NCBI GenBank assembly: GCA_034668045.1
Contig: JAXDQC010000101.1
Location: forward strand, 1 to 57,364
Direction of reading: 5' to 3'
DNA: 57,364 nt
Source: Betaproteobacteria bacterium
GTDB taxonomy: Bacteria; Pseudomonadota; Gammaproteobacteria; Burkholderiales; SG8-39
Below the pieces are notes generated by a model. That model worked only from the letters and a program-made list of their open reading frames with translations. It ran no database searches and was not told where the DNA came from. Positions 8,494 through 20,473 of the stretch are shown one piece after another (within the stretch, counting starts at the first letter, position 1; every line of letters starts with the position of its first letter). A program made the translations under genes and the position numbers.

Positions 8494-10629
8494 TCAGCCG
8501 CGCATCCATGCGTGGAATTTCTCCACCTGGCGCAGCAGGCCTTGCGGCGCGTGCGCCTTGCGCCACGCGCCGGCGGCGTACTTGTTCGCCTCGGCGAGCG
8601 TCGGGTAGATGTGGATGGTGCCGAGGATCTTCTTCAGGCCGATGCCATGGCGCATCGCGGCGACGAACTCGGCGATCAGCTCGCCGGCGTGCTCGCCGAC
8701 GATGGTCACGCCAAGGATCCTGTCCTTGCCCGGCGCGGTGAGCACCTTGACCATGCCGTGCGCCTCGCTCTCGGCGATGGCGCGGTCGAGGTCGTCGATG
8801 CCGTAGGTCGTGACTTCGCAGGCGATGCCCCGCTCCTTCGCCTCGGTTTCATTCAGGCCGACGCGCGCGACCTCGGGCTCGGTGAAGGTCGCCCAGGGGA
8901 TCACCGCGTAGTCGGCGCGGAACCTCCGGAACGGCGCGAACAGCGCGTTCACGGCGGCGTACCAGGCCTGGTGCGCCGCGGTGTGCGTGAACTGGTAGGG
9001 CCCGGCGACATCGCCGCAGGCGTAGATGTTCGGGTACAGGGTCTGCAGGTACGCGTTGGTCTGCACCGTGCGCCCCTTGCCAAGCGGGATGCCGAGCTCC
9101 TCGAGGCCGTAGCCGGCGGTGTTCGGCACGCGCCCGACGGCGCAGAGCAGCGCGTCGAACTCGACGCCGACGCCCTTGCCTTCGTGCTCGCAGAGAAGGA
9201 GCTTGCGGCCCGCCTCGATCACGACCTGCTTCGCCTTGTGGCCGACCAGGACATTGACGCCTTCCTTCTCGAAACGCCGCGTCACCATCTCGGCGACCTC
9301 CGGATCTTCGCGAATGAGGAGGCGCGGCAGCATTTCCACCTGCGTGACCTGCGAGCCCAGGCGCGCGAACGCCTGCGCCAGCTCGCAGCCGATCGGCCCG
9401 CCGCCCAGCACGAGCAGGCGCGGCGGCAGCTTGCGCAGGTTCCAGACGTTGTCCGAGGTCAGGACCTCGACCTGCTCGATGCCGGGGATCGGCGGCACGA
9501 ACGGCCGCGCGCCGGCGGCAATGACGATGGCGCGCGTGGTGAGCGTGCGACCGTTGACCGATACCGTCCACGGCGAGGTGATCTTCGCCTCGCCCTGGAT
9601 GCACTCGACGCCCAGTCCCGTGTAGCGCTCGACCGAGTCGTGCGGCTCGACCTCCTTCACTACGCGCTGCACGCGCTCCATGACCTCGGCGAAATCGAAT
9701 TCCGCGCTGGCGCTGCGGATGCCGTATTTCGCGGAGTTCCTGATCTGCGAAAGTACGCGCGCCGTCTTGATCAGCGCCTTGGACGGCACGCAGCCGGTGT
9801 TGAGGCAGTCGCCGCCCATGCGGTGCTTTTCGATCAGCGTCACCTTGGCGCGCACCGTCGCGGCGATGTACGCCGACACGAGGCCGGCCGAGCCGGCACC
9901 GATCACGACCAGGTTGCGCTCGAACCGGGCCGGCCGCGGCCAGCGCGAATAGACGCGTCGCGCCTTCGCGAGATCGACGATCTTCTTCGCCACCAGCGGG
10001 AAGAGACCCAGCAGCAGGAAGGCGCCGAGCAATTGCCACGACAGGATGCCGCGCGGCGAGTCGAGCCGCGCCAGCTGCGTGCCCGCATTCACGTACACCA
10101 GCGTGCCGGCAAGCATGCCGATCTGGCTCACCCAGTAGAACGTGCGCACGCGCATCGCCGAGACGCCGAGCGCGAGATTGATGAGAAAGAACGGCACCAC
10201 CGGCAGGAGGCGCAGCGTGAAGAGATAGAACGCGCCGTCCCTCGCCAGGCCTTCGTCGATCGTCTTCAAGCGCTCGCTGAAGCGCTGCCGTACCCAGTCG
10301 CGCAGCACGAAGCGCGAGGCGAGGAAGGCGAGCGTCGCGCCGATCGAGGAAGCGAAGGAGACGATCACCGTGCCCCATAGGAGACCGAACACCGCGCCGC
10401 CGGCGAGCGTCAGCAGCGTCGCGCCCGGCAGCGAAAGGCCGGTGACCGCGACGTACGCCGCGAAGTAGAGGAGCACCGTCTGCACCGGATGCGCGCGGTA
10501 CCAGCCGTCGATCGCCGCCTGCTGCTGCTTCAGAGACTCGAAGGTGAAATAGCGGTGGCCGCCGGCCGCGAAAAACACGGCGATGGCGACGACGACCAGG
10601 ACCGCGACGAGAAGCCGGGCGCGACTCAC
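8494..10629 (-). CDS. fusion protein: DedA/TVP38-TMEM64 membrane domain + class I FAD-dependent pyridine nucleotide-disulfide oxidoreductase
   Basis: 711 aa. The N-terminal 230 aa or so are polytopic DedA-like (PGATLLTLAGGAVFGLLWG). They are followed by VVIGAGSAGL (FAD), the GGDCLNTGCVPSK redox-active disulfide, VLGGGPIGCELAQ (NAD(P)H) and a C-terminal HIYPTLAE dimerisation/His-Glu motif. Confidence 0.9.
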   Translation of the reverse strand: MSRARLLVAVLVVVAIAVFFAAGGHRYFTFESLKQQQAAIDGWYRAHPVQTVLLYFAAYVAVTGLSLPGATLLTLAGGAVFGLLWGTVIVSFASSIGATLAFLASRFVLRDWVRQRFSERLKTIDEGLARDGAFYLFTLRLLPVVPFFLINLALGVSAMRVRTFYWVSQIGMLAGTLVYVNAGTQLARLDSPRGILSWQLLGAFLLLGLFPLVAKKIVDLAKARRVYSRWPRPARFERNLVVIGAGSAGLVSAYIAATVRAKVTLIEKHRMGGDCLNTGCVPSKALIKTARVLSQIRNSAKYGIRSASAEFDFAEVMERVQRVVKEVEPHDSVERYTGLGVECIQGEAKITSPWTVSVNGRTLTTRAIVIAAGARPFVPPIPGIEQVEVLTSDNVWNLRKLPPRLLVLGGGPIGCELAQAFARLGSQVTQVEMLPRLLIREDPEVAEMVTRRFEKEGVNVLVGHKAKQVVIEAGRKLLLCEHEGKGVGVEFDALLCAVGRVPNTAGYGLEELGIPLGKGRTVQTNAYLQTLYPNIYACGDVAGPYQFTHTAAHQAWYAAVNALFAPFRRFRADYAVIPWATFTEPEVARVGLNETEAKERGIACEVTTYGIDDLDRAIAESEAHGMVKVLTAPGKDRILGVTIVGEHAGELIAEFVAAMRHGIGLKKILGTIHIYPTLAEANKYAAGAWRKAHAPQGLLRQVEKFHAWMRG

Positions 10630-10642
10630 GCCGGCGCTTGCC

Positions 10643-11188
10643 TTACAGGAGCCCGGAAGTCGCGCCGTGCGCCTGCTCGTCGAGCAAGCCGAGCAGGCGT
10701 TCGCTGGTGGCGCGCAGCCGCTGCGACAGCATCAGCACCAGCTCCATCAGGATCTTGGCGCCGAGCAGCGGCTGCTCGACGATGATGCGCGCCAGGTTCT
10801 CGCGGTCGAGCACGGCGATGACGACCGGCGCGGTGGCGATGCAGGTGGCGAAGCGCGCCTCGCCGTCGATCATCGACATCTCGCCCAGGGTGCGGCCGGC
10901 CTCGACGGTGGCGAGGTGCTGCGGCGTGTTCCAGCGATCGCGCTTGTGCACCTCGACCTCGCCCTCCAGCACCATCAGCATGAAATCGCCGCCGTCGCCT
11001 TCTCGGATGATCTCCACGCCCGGGTCCGTCCTGTAGACCACCATGAAGTGCGCCAGAAGCCTCACCTCGGCGCCGGAGAAGTTCTCCAGCAGGCGGCACT
11101 TGGGGATGAGCGCGTGCATCTGATCGGCGAACTTGGTGGCGTCGCCGAGGGATTCGAGGTGCGCGAGCTGTTGCGGAATTTCCGGCAT
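10643..11188 (-). CDS. stand-alone cyclic-nucleotide-binding (CAP effector) domain protein
   Basis: 181 aa. IIREGDGGDFMLMVLEGEVEV...GRTLGEMSMIDGEARFATCIA resembles the beta-roll/phosphate-binding cassette. No DNA-binding or enzymatic domain follows. Confidence 0.8.
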   Translation of the reverse strand: MPEIPQQLAHLESLGDATKFADQMHALIPKCRLLENFSGAEVRLLAHFMVVYRTDPGVEIIREGDGGDFMLMVLEGEVEVHKRDRWNTPQHLATVEAGRTLGEMSMIDGEARFATCIATAPVVIAVLDRENLARIIVEQPLLGAKILMELVLMLSQRLRATSERLLGLLDEQAHGATSGLL

Positions 11189-11217
11189 GGCCTTCGCGGC
11201 CGATTATGCCGGAATCC

Positions 11218-12324
11218 CTAGCGCTGCTGCTTACGCCTCCGCCTCACCCCCTCGGCAAGCGTTTCGAGCACCTTTATCGAGTCGTCCCAGCCGAGACAGG
11301 CATCGGTGACGCTCTGGCCGAACTTGAGCGGCTTGCCGGGAACGAGCTCCTGGCGTCCCTCGACCAGGTTCGATTCCACCATCACGCCGACGATGCGCTT
11401 CTCGCCGCCGCCGAGCTGCGCGGCGATGTCGGCCGCGACGTCGGCCTGCCGCTGATACTGCTTGGCGGCGTTGGCGTGCGAGCAGTCGATCATCAGATGC
11501 TCGGGCAGCTTAGCCTTGTCGAGCTCCGTGCAGGCTGCGGCAACGCTGGCGGCGTCGTAGTTGGGCGTCTTGCCGCCGCGCAGGATGATGTGGCAGTCCT
11601 CGTTGCCGCGCGTCTCGACGATCGCCACCTGGCCGCTCTTGTGCACCGAGAGGAAATGGTGCTTCTGCCGCGCCGCGAGCAGCGCGTCGACGGCGATCCG
11701 GACGTTGCCGTCGGTGCCGTTCTTGAAGCCGACCGGCGCCGACAGGCCCGAGGCGAGCTCGCGGTGCACCTGGCTCTCGGTCGTGCGGGCGCCGATCGCG
11801 CCCCACGACACCAGGTCGCCGAGGTACTGCGGGGAGATGACGTCGAGGAACTCGCAGCCCGCCGGCACGCCAGTCTGGTTAATGCGCACCAGGACGTCGC
11901 GTGCGATGCGCAGGCCCTCGTTGATGCGGAAGCTGCCGTTCAGGTAGGGATCGTTGATCAGCCCCTTCCAGCCGACCGTGGTGCGCGGCTTTTCGAAATA
12001 GACGCGCATCAGCACCTCCAGCTCGGCCTGGTGCCTCGTTCTTTCGCCGGCCAGTTTGCCGGCATACGCGACCGCGGCCGCCGGATCGTGGATCGAGCAC
12101 GGGCCGATCACCACCAGCAGGCGGTCGGAGCGCCCGTGCAGGATCTCGCGGATCTTGCGCCGCGTGCCCGAGATCAGCTTCTCCTCCGGCGTGCCCTGGA
12201 TGGGGAAGAAGCGGATCAGGTTCTCGGGCGGCGGCAGCGGCACGATGTTCTCGATGCGCTCGTCGTCGGTGAGCGAAGTCTTGTCGCCCGGGATCGGGGT
12301 CTCGTAGTTCTCGGTTGGCGTCAT
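11218..12324 (-). CDS. class I (AroF/G/H-type) 3-deoxy-7-phosphoheptulonate (DAHP) synthase
   Basis: LLVVIGPCSIHD, RVYFEKPRTTVGWKGLINDP, GARTTESQ and KxGxNYD-like motifs. ATG at 12324 preferred over the TTG at 12348. Confidence 0.93.
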   Translation of the reverse strand: MTPTENYETPIPGDKTSLTDDERIENIVPLPPPENLIRFFPIQGTPEEKLISGTRRKIREILHGRSDRLLVVIGPCSIHDPAAAVAYAGKLAGERTRHQAELEVLMRVYFEKPRTTVGWKGLINDPYLNGSFRINEGLRIARDVLVRINQTGVPAGCEFLDVISPQYLGDLVSWGAIGARTTESQVHRELASGLSAPVGFKNGTDGNVRIAVDALLAARQKHHFLSVHKSGQVAIVETRGNEDCHIILRGGKTPNYDAASVAAACTELDKAKLPEHLMIDCSHANAAKQYQRQADVAADIAAQLGGGEKRIVGVMVESNLVEGRQELVPGKPLKFGQSVTDACLGWDDSIKVLETLAEGVRRRRKQQR

Positions 12325-12346
12325 GGTTTTTCTTTCGATAAGGCCC

Positions 12347-12383
12347 AAAAAAAAACCGCCAGGCTTTCGGCTGGCGGTTTTTT
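12347..12383 (-). terminator. rho-independent (bidirectional-looking) terminator downstream of the thioesterase gene
   Basis: A9 (12347-12355), stem CCGCCAG (12356-12362), 8-nt loop, stem CTGGCGG (12371-12377), T6 (12378-12383). On the minus strand the stem is followed by U9. Confidence 0.7.
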
Positions 12384-12464
12384 CGGGATTCCTTGGGTGA
12401 GCTTAGCCGGCTCCCTCCGCCAGATGGCTGGGATAGAAAAAGAAGCCGAAGAAGAACTTTTGCG

Positions 12465-12896
12465 TCACGGTTTTGGATTCTGCCACAAAACCATCTGGGT
12501 GCACCGAAACAGCGCAATCACCTTCCCGCCCGCCTCATTGGTGACCACGGCATCCCACACCTGGGTGGTGCGCCCGAGGTGCGCCGGGGTGGCCCGGCAG
12601 TGGATGGCGCCCTCGCGCGTGGTGCCGAGGAAATTGCTCTTTAGCTCGAGGGTGGTGAAGCCGCTCGCGCCCTGCGGCAGCAGCGCCACGCAGCCGTAGC
12701 CGCAGCTCGTATCGGCGAGCGCGATCACCGAGGCGGCGTGCAGGTAGCCGTTCGGCGCCATTACCTCTTTACGCACGACCATCCGGCTCTCCACGCCCTG
12801 GGCGCTGACCGTGAGAATTTCCACGCCCAGCAGCCCGGGAAGATTGTCTTTGCCGAAACCTTTGAAGTACTCGGACGTTTTATTGGTTGTAGTCAT
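12465..12896 (-). CDS. PaaI/hotdog-fold acyl-CoA thioesterase
   Basis: NPNGYLHAASVIALADTSCG...GRTTQVWDAVV pattern of PaaI-type thioesterases. ATG at 12896 is preceded by AGAAGGAG. Confidence 0.82.
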   Translation of the reverse strand: MTTTNKTSEYFKGFGKDNLPGLLGVEILTVSAQGVESRMVVRKEVMAPNGYLHAASVIALADTSCGYGCVALLPQGASGFTTLELKSNFLGTTREGAIHCRATPAHLGRTTQVWDAVVTNEAGGKVIALFRCTQMVLWQNPKP

Positions 12897-12926
12897 GCTT
12901 GCTGGCACTCCTTCTCCGTCACTGCC

Positions 12927-12942
12927 AGGCGCGGGATTTGCT
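12927..12942 (+). promoter_or_regulatory. possible sigma-54 (-24/-12) promoter facing the AAA+ gene
   Basis: aGGCgCG-ggat-TTGCt compared with TGGCACG-N4-TTGCW. GG is at 12928-12929 and GC at 12940-12941, with correct spacing, about 70 nt upstream of the start codon. Chance matches are common in GC-rich DNA. Confidence 0.25.
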
Positions 12943-13009
12943 GCGCCGAAAGCATCATGTTAGGTTTTCTACTCGGGGTAGATGTACCGGCGATAAAAAA
13001 GGAAGGTAG

Positions 13010-13987
13010 GTGAACAATATGTCGGCTACCGTCACCATTCCGATCGCAGGCTTCAAGGACGTCTACGACGTCCCCAGCGTCGAGAAGGCGCTGCAGGACC
13101 TGCCACCCGGCGCGAGCGAAGCGTTGCGCGCCGTCTACGAGAAGATGCTCCGCCTCGGCGGCCAGCGCTTCACCGTCAAGCCTTCCGCCCTGCCCGAGAT
13201 GGACGCCCTGTTCGAGGAGCTGCCCAACTTCGCGGTGGTGCTCGAGGACATCCGCAAGCACCTCGCGCTGTGCATCGGCTCCGAGGACTCGGTCGAGCTG
13301 CCGCCGATGCTGCTGCTCGGCGAGCCGGGCATCGGCAAGACCCACTTCGCGCGAAAAATGGCCCAGCTTCTCGGCACCGGCTATGGCTTCGTGCCGATGA
13401 GCTCGCTCACCGCCGGCTGGGTGCTCTCGGGCGCCTCGTCGCAGTGGAAGAACGCCAAGCCGGGCAAGGTGTTCGACACCTTCCTCAACGGCGACTACGC
13501 CAATCCGGTGATCGTGGTCGACGAGATCGACAAGGCGAGCGCCGACGGCCAGTACGACCCGCTCGGCGCGCTCTACGAGCTGCTCGAGATCGAGACCGCG
13601 ACCCGCTTCGTCGATGAGTTCGTCGAGCTGCCGATCGACGCGTCCGGCGCGGTCTGGATGGCGACCGCGAACGAAGCCGCGCGCATTCCCGAGCCGCTGC
13701 TCAACCGGCTGATGGTGTACCAGATCGACGCGCCCGATACCGAAGGCGCGGCGCGCATCGCTCTCAACATCTACCGAGAGATCCGCAACACGCACGACTG
13801 GGGCCGCCAGTTTCCCGAGTCGCCCTCCTCGGCGGTGCTCGACAAGCTCTCCTCCATGCCGCCGCGCGAGATGCGGCGCACGATCCAGGGCGCCTTTGGC
13901 AACGCCAAGCTCGCCGGACGCAGCGAAGTCGGGCCCGAGGACATCCAGGACGGCCGCGGCCGCCGGCAGCGAATCGGCTTCTCCTAG
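13010..13987 (+). CDS. orphan AAA+ ATPase (Lon-ATPase-like, no protease domain)
   Basis: Walker A LLLGEPGIGKTHFA, Walker B VIVVDEIDKA, sensor-1 region MATAN, arginine-finger-like region PEPLLNRL. The start is either GTG 13010 or ATG 13019, both after GGAAGG. Confidence 0.82.
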   Translation: MNNMSATVTIPIAGFKDVYDVPSVEKALQDLPPGASEALRAVYEKMLRLGGQRFTVKPSALPEMDALFEELPNFAVVLEDIRKHLALCIGSEDSVELPPMLLLGEPGIGKTHFARKMAQLLGTGYGFVPMSSLTAGWVLSGASSQWKNAKPGKVFDTFLNGDYANPVIVVDEIDKASADGQYDPLGALYELLEIETATRFVDEFVELPIDASGAVWMATANEAARIPEPLLNRLMVYQIDAPDTEGAARIALNIYREIRNTHDWGRQFPESPSSAVLDKLSSMPPREMRRTIQGAFGNAKLAGRSEVGPEDIQDGRGRRQRIGFS

Positions 13988-14442
13988 AGCAGCAGCCCGC
14001 AGGTCACCACGCTCGCCCACAGCGCGAGCGAGACCGCGCCGGCGGCGCGCGCCGCCGCGGGCGGCGGCACGCCGGCATCCCAGCTCGCCGCGCTGCGGAA
14101 CACGCCGGCATGAAACACGGCCGCATTGACGCCGGCGCACAGGATCAGGCATATCTTGAGGACGAAGATCTGGCTGGCGATGAGATCGCTCGCATAGCCG
14201 ACGAACATCGCCAGGCCGCTCGGCACGATGAGCAGGAAGCTGCCGGCGGTCCAGGGCAGTAGCTTGCCGGCGAGGCGCTTCACCGATCGGTCCCGCAGAA
14301 ACCCCAGGAGGCGCAGGTCGACCGCCGCGATCGTGCAGAGGAGCAGCGCGACGCCCGCGAGGTGCACGCTCTTGACGAGGGGAAACCAGTCGCGCACTGC
14401 CTGCCCGAAAGCCGAGGCTTCGAGCCCGGCGAGCGGCGTCAC
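13984..14442 (-). CDS. hypothetical integral membrane protein (about 4 TM)
   Basis: 152 aa with hydrophobic segments (HLAGVALLLCTIAAV, GSFLLIVPSGLAMFVG, IFVLKICLILCAGV, AVSLALWASVVTCGLLL). GTG start 1 nt after the alaS stop. No family recognised. Confidence 0.55.
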   Translation of the reverse strand: MTPLAGLEASAFGQAVRDWFPLVKSVHLAGVALLLCTIAAVDLRLLGFLRDRSVKRLAGKLLPWTAGSFLLIVPSGLAMFVGYASDLIASQIFVLKICLILCAGVNAAVFHAGVFRSAASWDAGVPPPAAARAAGAVSLALWASVVTCGLLL

Positions 14443-14443
14443 T

Positions 14444-17062
<2,619 letters not shown>

Positions 17063-17085
17063 TGAGATCATTCTACTGCAGCGCC

Positions 17086-17116
17086 GCAAAAAGCCGGGGT
17101 GCCGCGGACACCCCGG
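17086..17116 (-). terminator. rho-independent terminator between the small SANT-like gene and alaS
   Basis: Stem CCGGGGTG (17094-17101), 7-nt loop, stem CACCCCGG (17109-17116). On the minus strand it is followed by CTTTTTG. Confidence 0.55.
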
Positions 17117-17128
17117 AACGCCACGTCG

Positions 17129-17467
17129 TTAGGCGTTGATGCGTCCGTATTTCAGCAGCCTCGCCCTTACCGCTCCCATCGTGCGCTCGTGCGCCGCGGC
17201 CAGCTCCTGCAGCGCCCGGCCGGCATCGAAGGCCGCGAGCAGCTTGCGGTCCTCGTCCTCGCTCCAGGGCTCGCCGGTTTTCTGCGGCATCTGCGCCCGG
17301 CGCCGCTCGAAGCGCTCGATACGCTCGAGCGCCGTCGCGGCTTCGTACAGCGCCCGCACGATCTGCGGCCGCTGGTAGGCGCTCTCCGGCGGGAAGACTT
17401 CGCCCGTTTCCGGGTCGACGCCGTTCGCCAGCGAGCGCACGACTGCCAATGCTTGTGTCTGATCCAT
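17129..17467 (-). CDS. small hypothetical protein with a SANT/Myb-like C-terminal motif
   Basis: 112 aa from ATG 17467, preceded by GAGGAGG. The C-terminal WSEDEDRKLLAAFDAG-x8-AAAHERTMGAVRARL resembles the W-x-x-E-E-D...R-T-x-x-x-x-x-x-R pattern of SANT/Myb repeats. Confidence 0.6.
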   Translation of the reverse strand: MDQTQALAVVRSLANGVDPETGEVFPPESAYQRPQIVRALYEAATALERIERFERRRAQMPQKTGEPWSEDEDRKLLAAFDAGRALQELAAAHERTMGAVRARLLKYGRINA

Positions 17468-17953
17468 TTCGTCCACCTCCTCTCTACGCGAGTACGCGTA
17501 GCTCCTAGAACGGATCAATACCCGGCGCGCTGACGCTACTCTTCAGAATCCGACAGGAAGATCAATTTTCGAATCACATCGGTCGAAAAGCCGCGGCTCT
17601 GAAGAAAACGCGCCCTCTTCGCCTTCTCTTCACGGCTGTCGGCCGGCAAGCGGTATTTCCTGTGAAGGATGGAGGCAGCGCGCTCGAGCTCCCCGGCGGT
17701 GGAGATGCTGTCGACGATCTCGTCCGGGATGCCCTTGCTCTTCAGGTCATGACGGATCTTCGCGGCGCCATATTTGCGCGACAGGATGTGGGTGCGCATT
17801 TCGGCAAAACGGTGGTTGGAGAGGAGTTTCCTCCCCTCCAACTCACTCAAGAGACCTTCAAGGAGTTGCGGCGATTCGGCGTGAGGCAAAAGCTTTCGTG
17901 CCAGCTCGGCGCGCGAATGCTCGCGCCGGGCCAGGTATCTCAGCGCGCGGGCT

Positions 17954-19021
<1,068 letters not shown>

Positions 19022-19081
19022 TCGTGCACCTCTTTTTCTAAGGTTGGCTTCTACGGCAGTCGGAGCTGGGCCAACACCGGG

Positions 19082-19101
19082 TACTGTATAAACGAGCAGT
19101 A
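19082..19101. promoter_or_regulatory. LexA (SOS) box upstream of recA
   Basis: TACTGTATAAACGAGCAGTA matches TACTG-N10-CAGTA exactly. It lies 61 nt upstream of the recA ATG. Confidence 0.85.
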
Positions 19102-19161
19102 TCCTAGGACGGTTGACGCAGCCGTGTCAAACCTCGGAAAAATCCTTTAGGAGACAAGACG

Positions 19162-20037
19162 ATGGCGAAAGTTGCGTTCCTGGGTCTGGGCGTCATGGGC
19201 TACCCCATGGCGGGCCACCTGCAGAAGAAAGGCGGCCACGACGTCACGGCCTACAACCGCACTCCCGCCAAGGCCGAGCAGTGGGCGAAAGAGTACGGCG
19301 GCAAGCATGCGGCGACGCCGCGCGAGGCCGGGAAGGACTGCGATTTCGTGATGATGTGCGTGGGCAATGACGACGACGTGCGCTCGGTCGTGTACGGAGA
19401 CAACGGCGCGCTGGCGGGGATGAAAAAGGGCGCGATCCTGGTGGACCACACCACCGCTTCAGCGGTTCTGGCTCGTGAGCTTTTCGAAAAAACGAAGCAA
19501 AAAGGAATCGGTTTCGTGGACGCGCCGGTCTCGGGCGGGCAAGCCGGCGCCGTGAATGGCCAACTCGGCATCATGTGCGGCGGCGAGGACGCGACCTTCG
19601 CCAGGGCGAAGCCGGTGATCGATGTCTACGCCAAGATGGCGGCGCTGATCGGCGCGCCGGGCGCGGGCCAGCTCACCAAAATGGTCAACCAGATCTGCAT
19701 CGCCGGCCTGGTGCAGGGCCTGGCGGAAGGCCTGGCGTTCGCCAAGCGATCGAATCTGGACGTCGAAAAAGTCATCGGCGTCATCTCCAAGGGCGCGGCG
19801 CAGTCCTGGCAGATGGAGAACCGCTGGAAGCAGATGAACGAGGTGAAATTCGACGGCTTCGGCTTCGCGGTCGACTGGATGCGCAAGGACCTCGGCATGT
19901 GCGTCGAGGAGGCGAAAAAGAGCGGCGCGCGCCTTCCCGTCACGGCGCTGGTCGACCAGTTCTACGCCCAGATCCAGGCGCGCGGCGGCAAGCGCTGGGA
20001 CACCTCCAGCCTCATGCACCTCTTGATGAAGGACTAG
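19162..20037 (+). CDS. NAD(P)-dependent beta-hydroxyacid dehydrogenase (3-hydroxyisobutyrate dehydrogenase family)
   Basis: VAFLGLGVMGYPMAGHL Rossmann motif, DAPVSGG, GAGQLTKMVNQ. Confidence 0.9.
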   Translation: MAKVAFLGLGVMGYPMAGHLQKKGGHDVTAYNRTPAKAEQWAKEYGGKHAATPREAGKDCDFVMMCVGNDDDVRSVVYGDNGALAGMKKGAILVDHTTASAVLARELFEKTKQKGIGFVDAPVSGGQAGAVNGQLGIMCGGEDATFARAKPVIDVYAKMAALIGAPGAGQLTKMVNQICIAGLVQGLAEGLAFAKRSNLDVEKVIGVISKGAAQSWQMENRWKQMNEVKFDGFGFAVDWMRKDLGMCVEEAKKSGARLPVTALVDQFYAQIQARGGKRWDTSSLMHLLMKD

Positions 20038-20044
20038 CGCACCC

Positions 20045-20452
20045 TCAGCGCGCGAGACTCCGGATGTGAAAGCAGTCGTCTTCGCGGAACAGGAAAGTCT
20101 CGAGGAATTTGACGCTGGCCGAGCCGTTGACGAGGCCGGCGTCGGGCGCCGAGAACGGCGCCGCGCTCTGCACGGTGTCGAGCGCGCGCTGGTCGAGCTC
20201 CGCATAGCCGTTCGACCGCACCACCGCGGCGCTGAGCAGGCGGCCTTCGGCGTCGATGGCGATCTCGAGGATCACGACCGACTTCAGCATTTCCTCGCCG
20301 GGCTGGCAGTACGTGCCCAGCGCATGCTGCAGGACGTCGAGCGCGACGATGCGCTTATAGGCGTCGAGGCCCGACGGCAGCGGCGCCTCGCGGCGTGGCG
20401 CGCACGCAGCGAGGACGAGCGCCAGGCCGCACGCGGTCAGGACGAGCCTCAT
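20045..20452 (-). CDS. lipoprotein with TonB C-terminal-like domain
   Basis: Lipobox LVLAAC. The C-terminal SNGYAELDQRALDTVQSAAPF resembles the TonB_C/energy-transducer fold signature. Confidence 0.6.
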   Translation of the reverse strand: MRLVLTACGLALVLAACAPRREAPLPSGLDAYKRIVALDVLQHALGTYCQPGEEMLKSVVILEIAIDAEGRLLSAAVVRSNGYAELDQRALDTVQSAAPFSAPDAGLVNGSASVKFLETFLFREDDCFHIRSLAR

Positions 20453-20473
20453 GTTCCCCCGCCCGCATCATAG

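Noticed and set aside
7546-10380. 944-aa plus-strand ORF. Similar giants are 14228..17065 (945 aa), 52303..55401 (1032 aa), 5068..6738 (556 aa) and 46937..48703 (588 aa).
   Set aside because: They lie antisense to or out of frame with genes that have unmistakable conserved motifs (DedA-reductase, alaS, secA, tctA, ligase). Their translations are Arg/Ala/Gly/Asp-rich low-complexity sequence with no recognisable motifs. Long stop-free shadow frames are expected in GC-rich DNA.
12903-12908. TGGCAC hexamer that looks like a sigma-54 -24 element.
   Set aside because: The required TTGC-like -12 element is missing at the correct spacing (the sequence continues tccttctcc), and the hexamer lies inside the thioesterase RBS/start region. 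A better-spaced candidate at 12927-12942 is listed instead, with low confidence.
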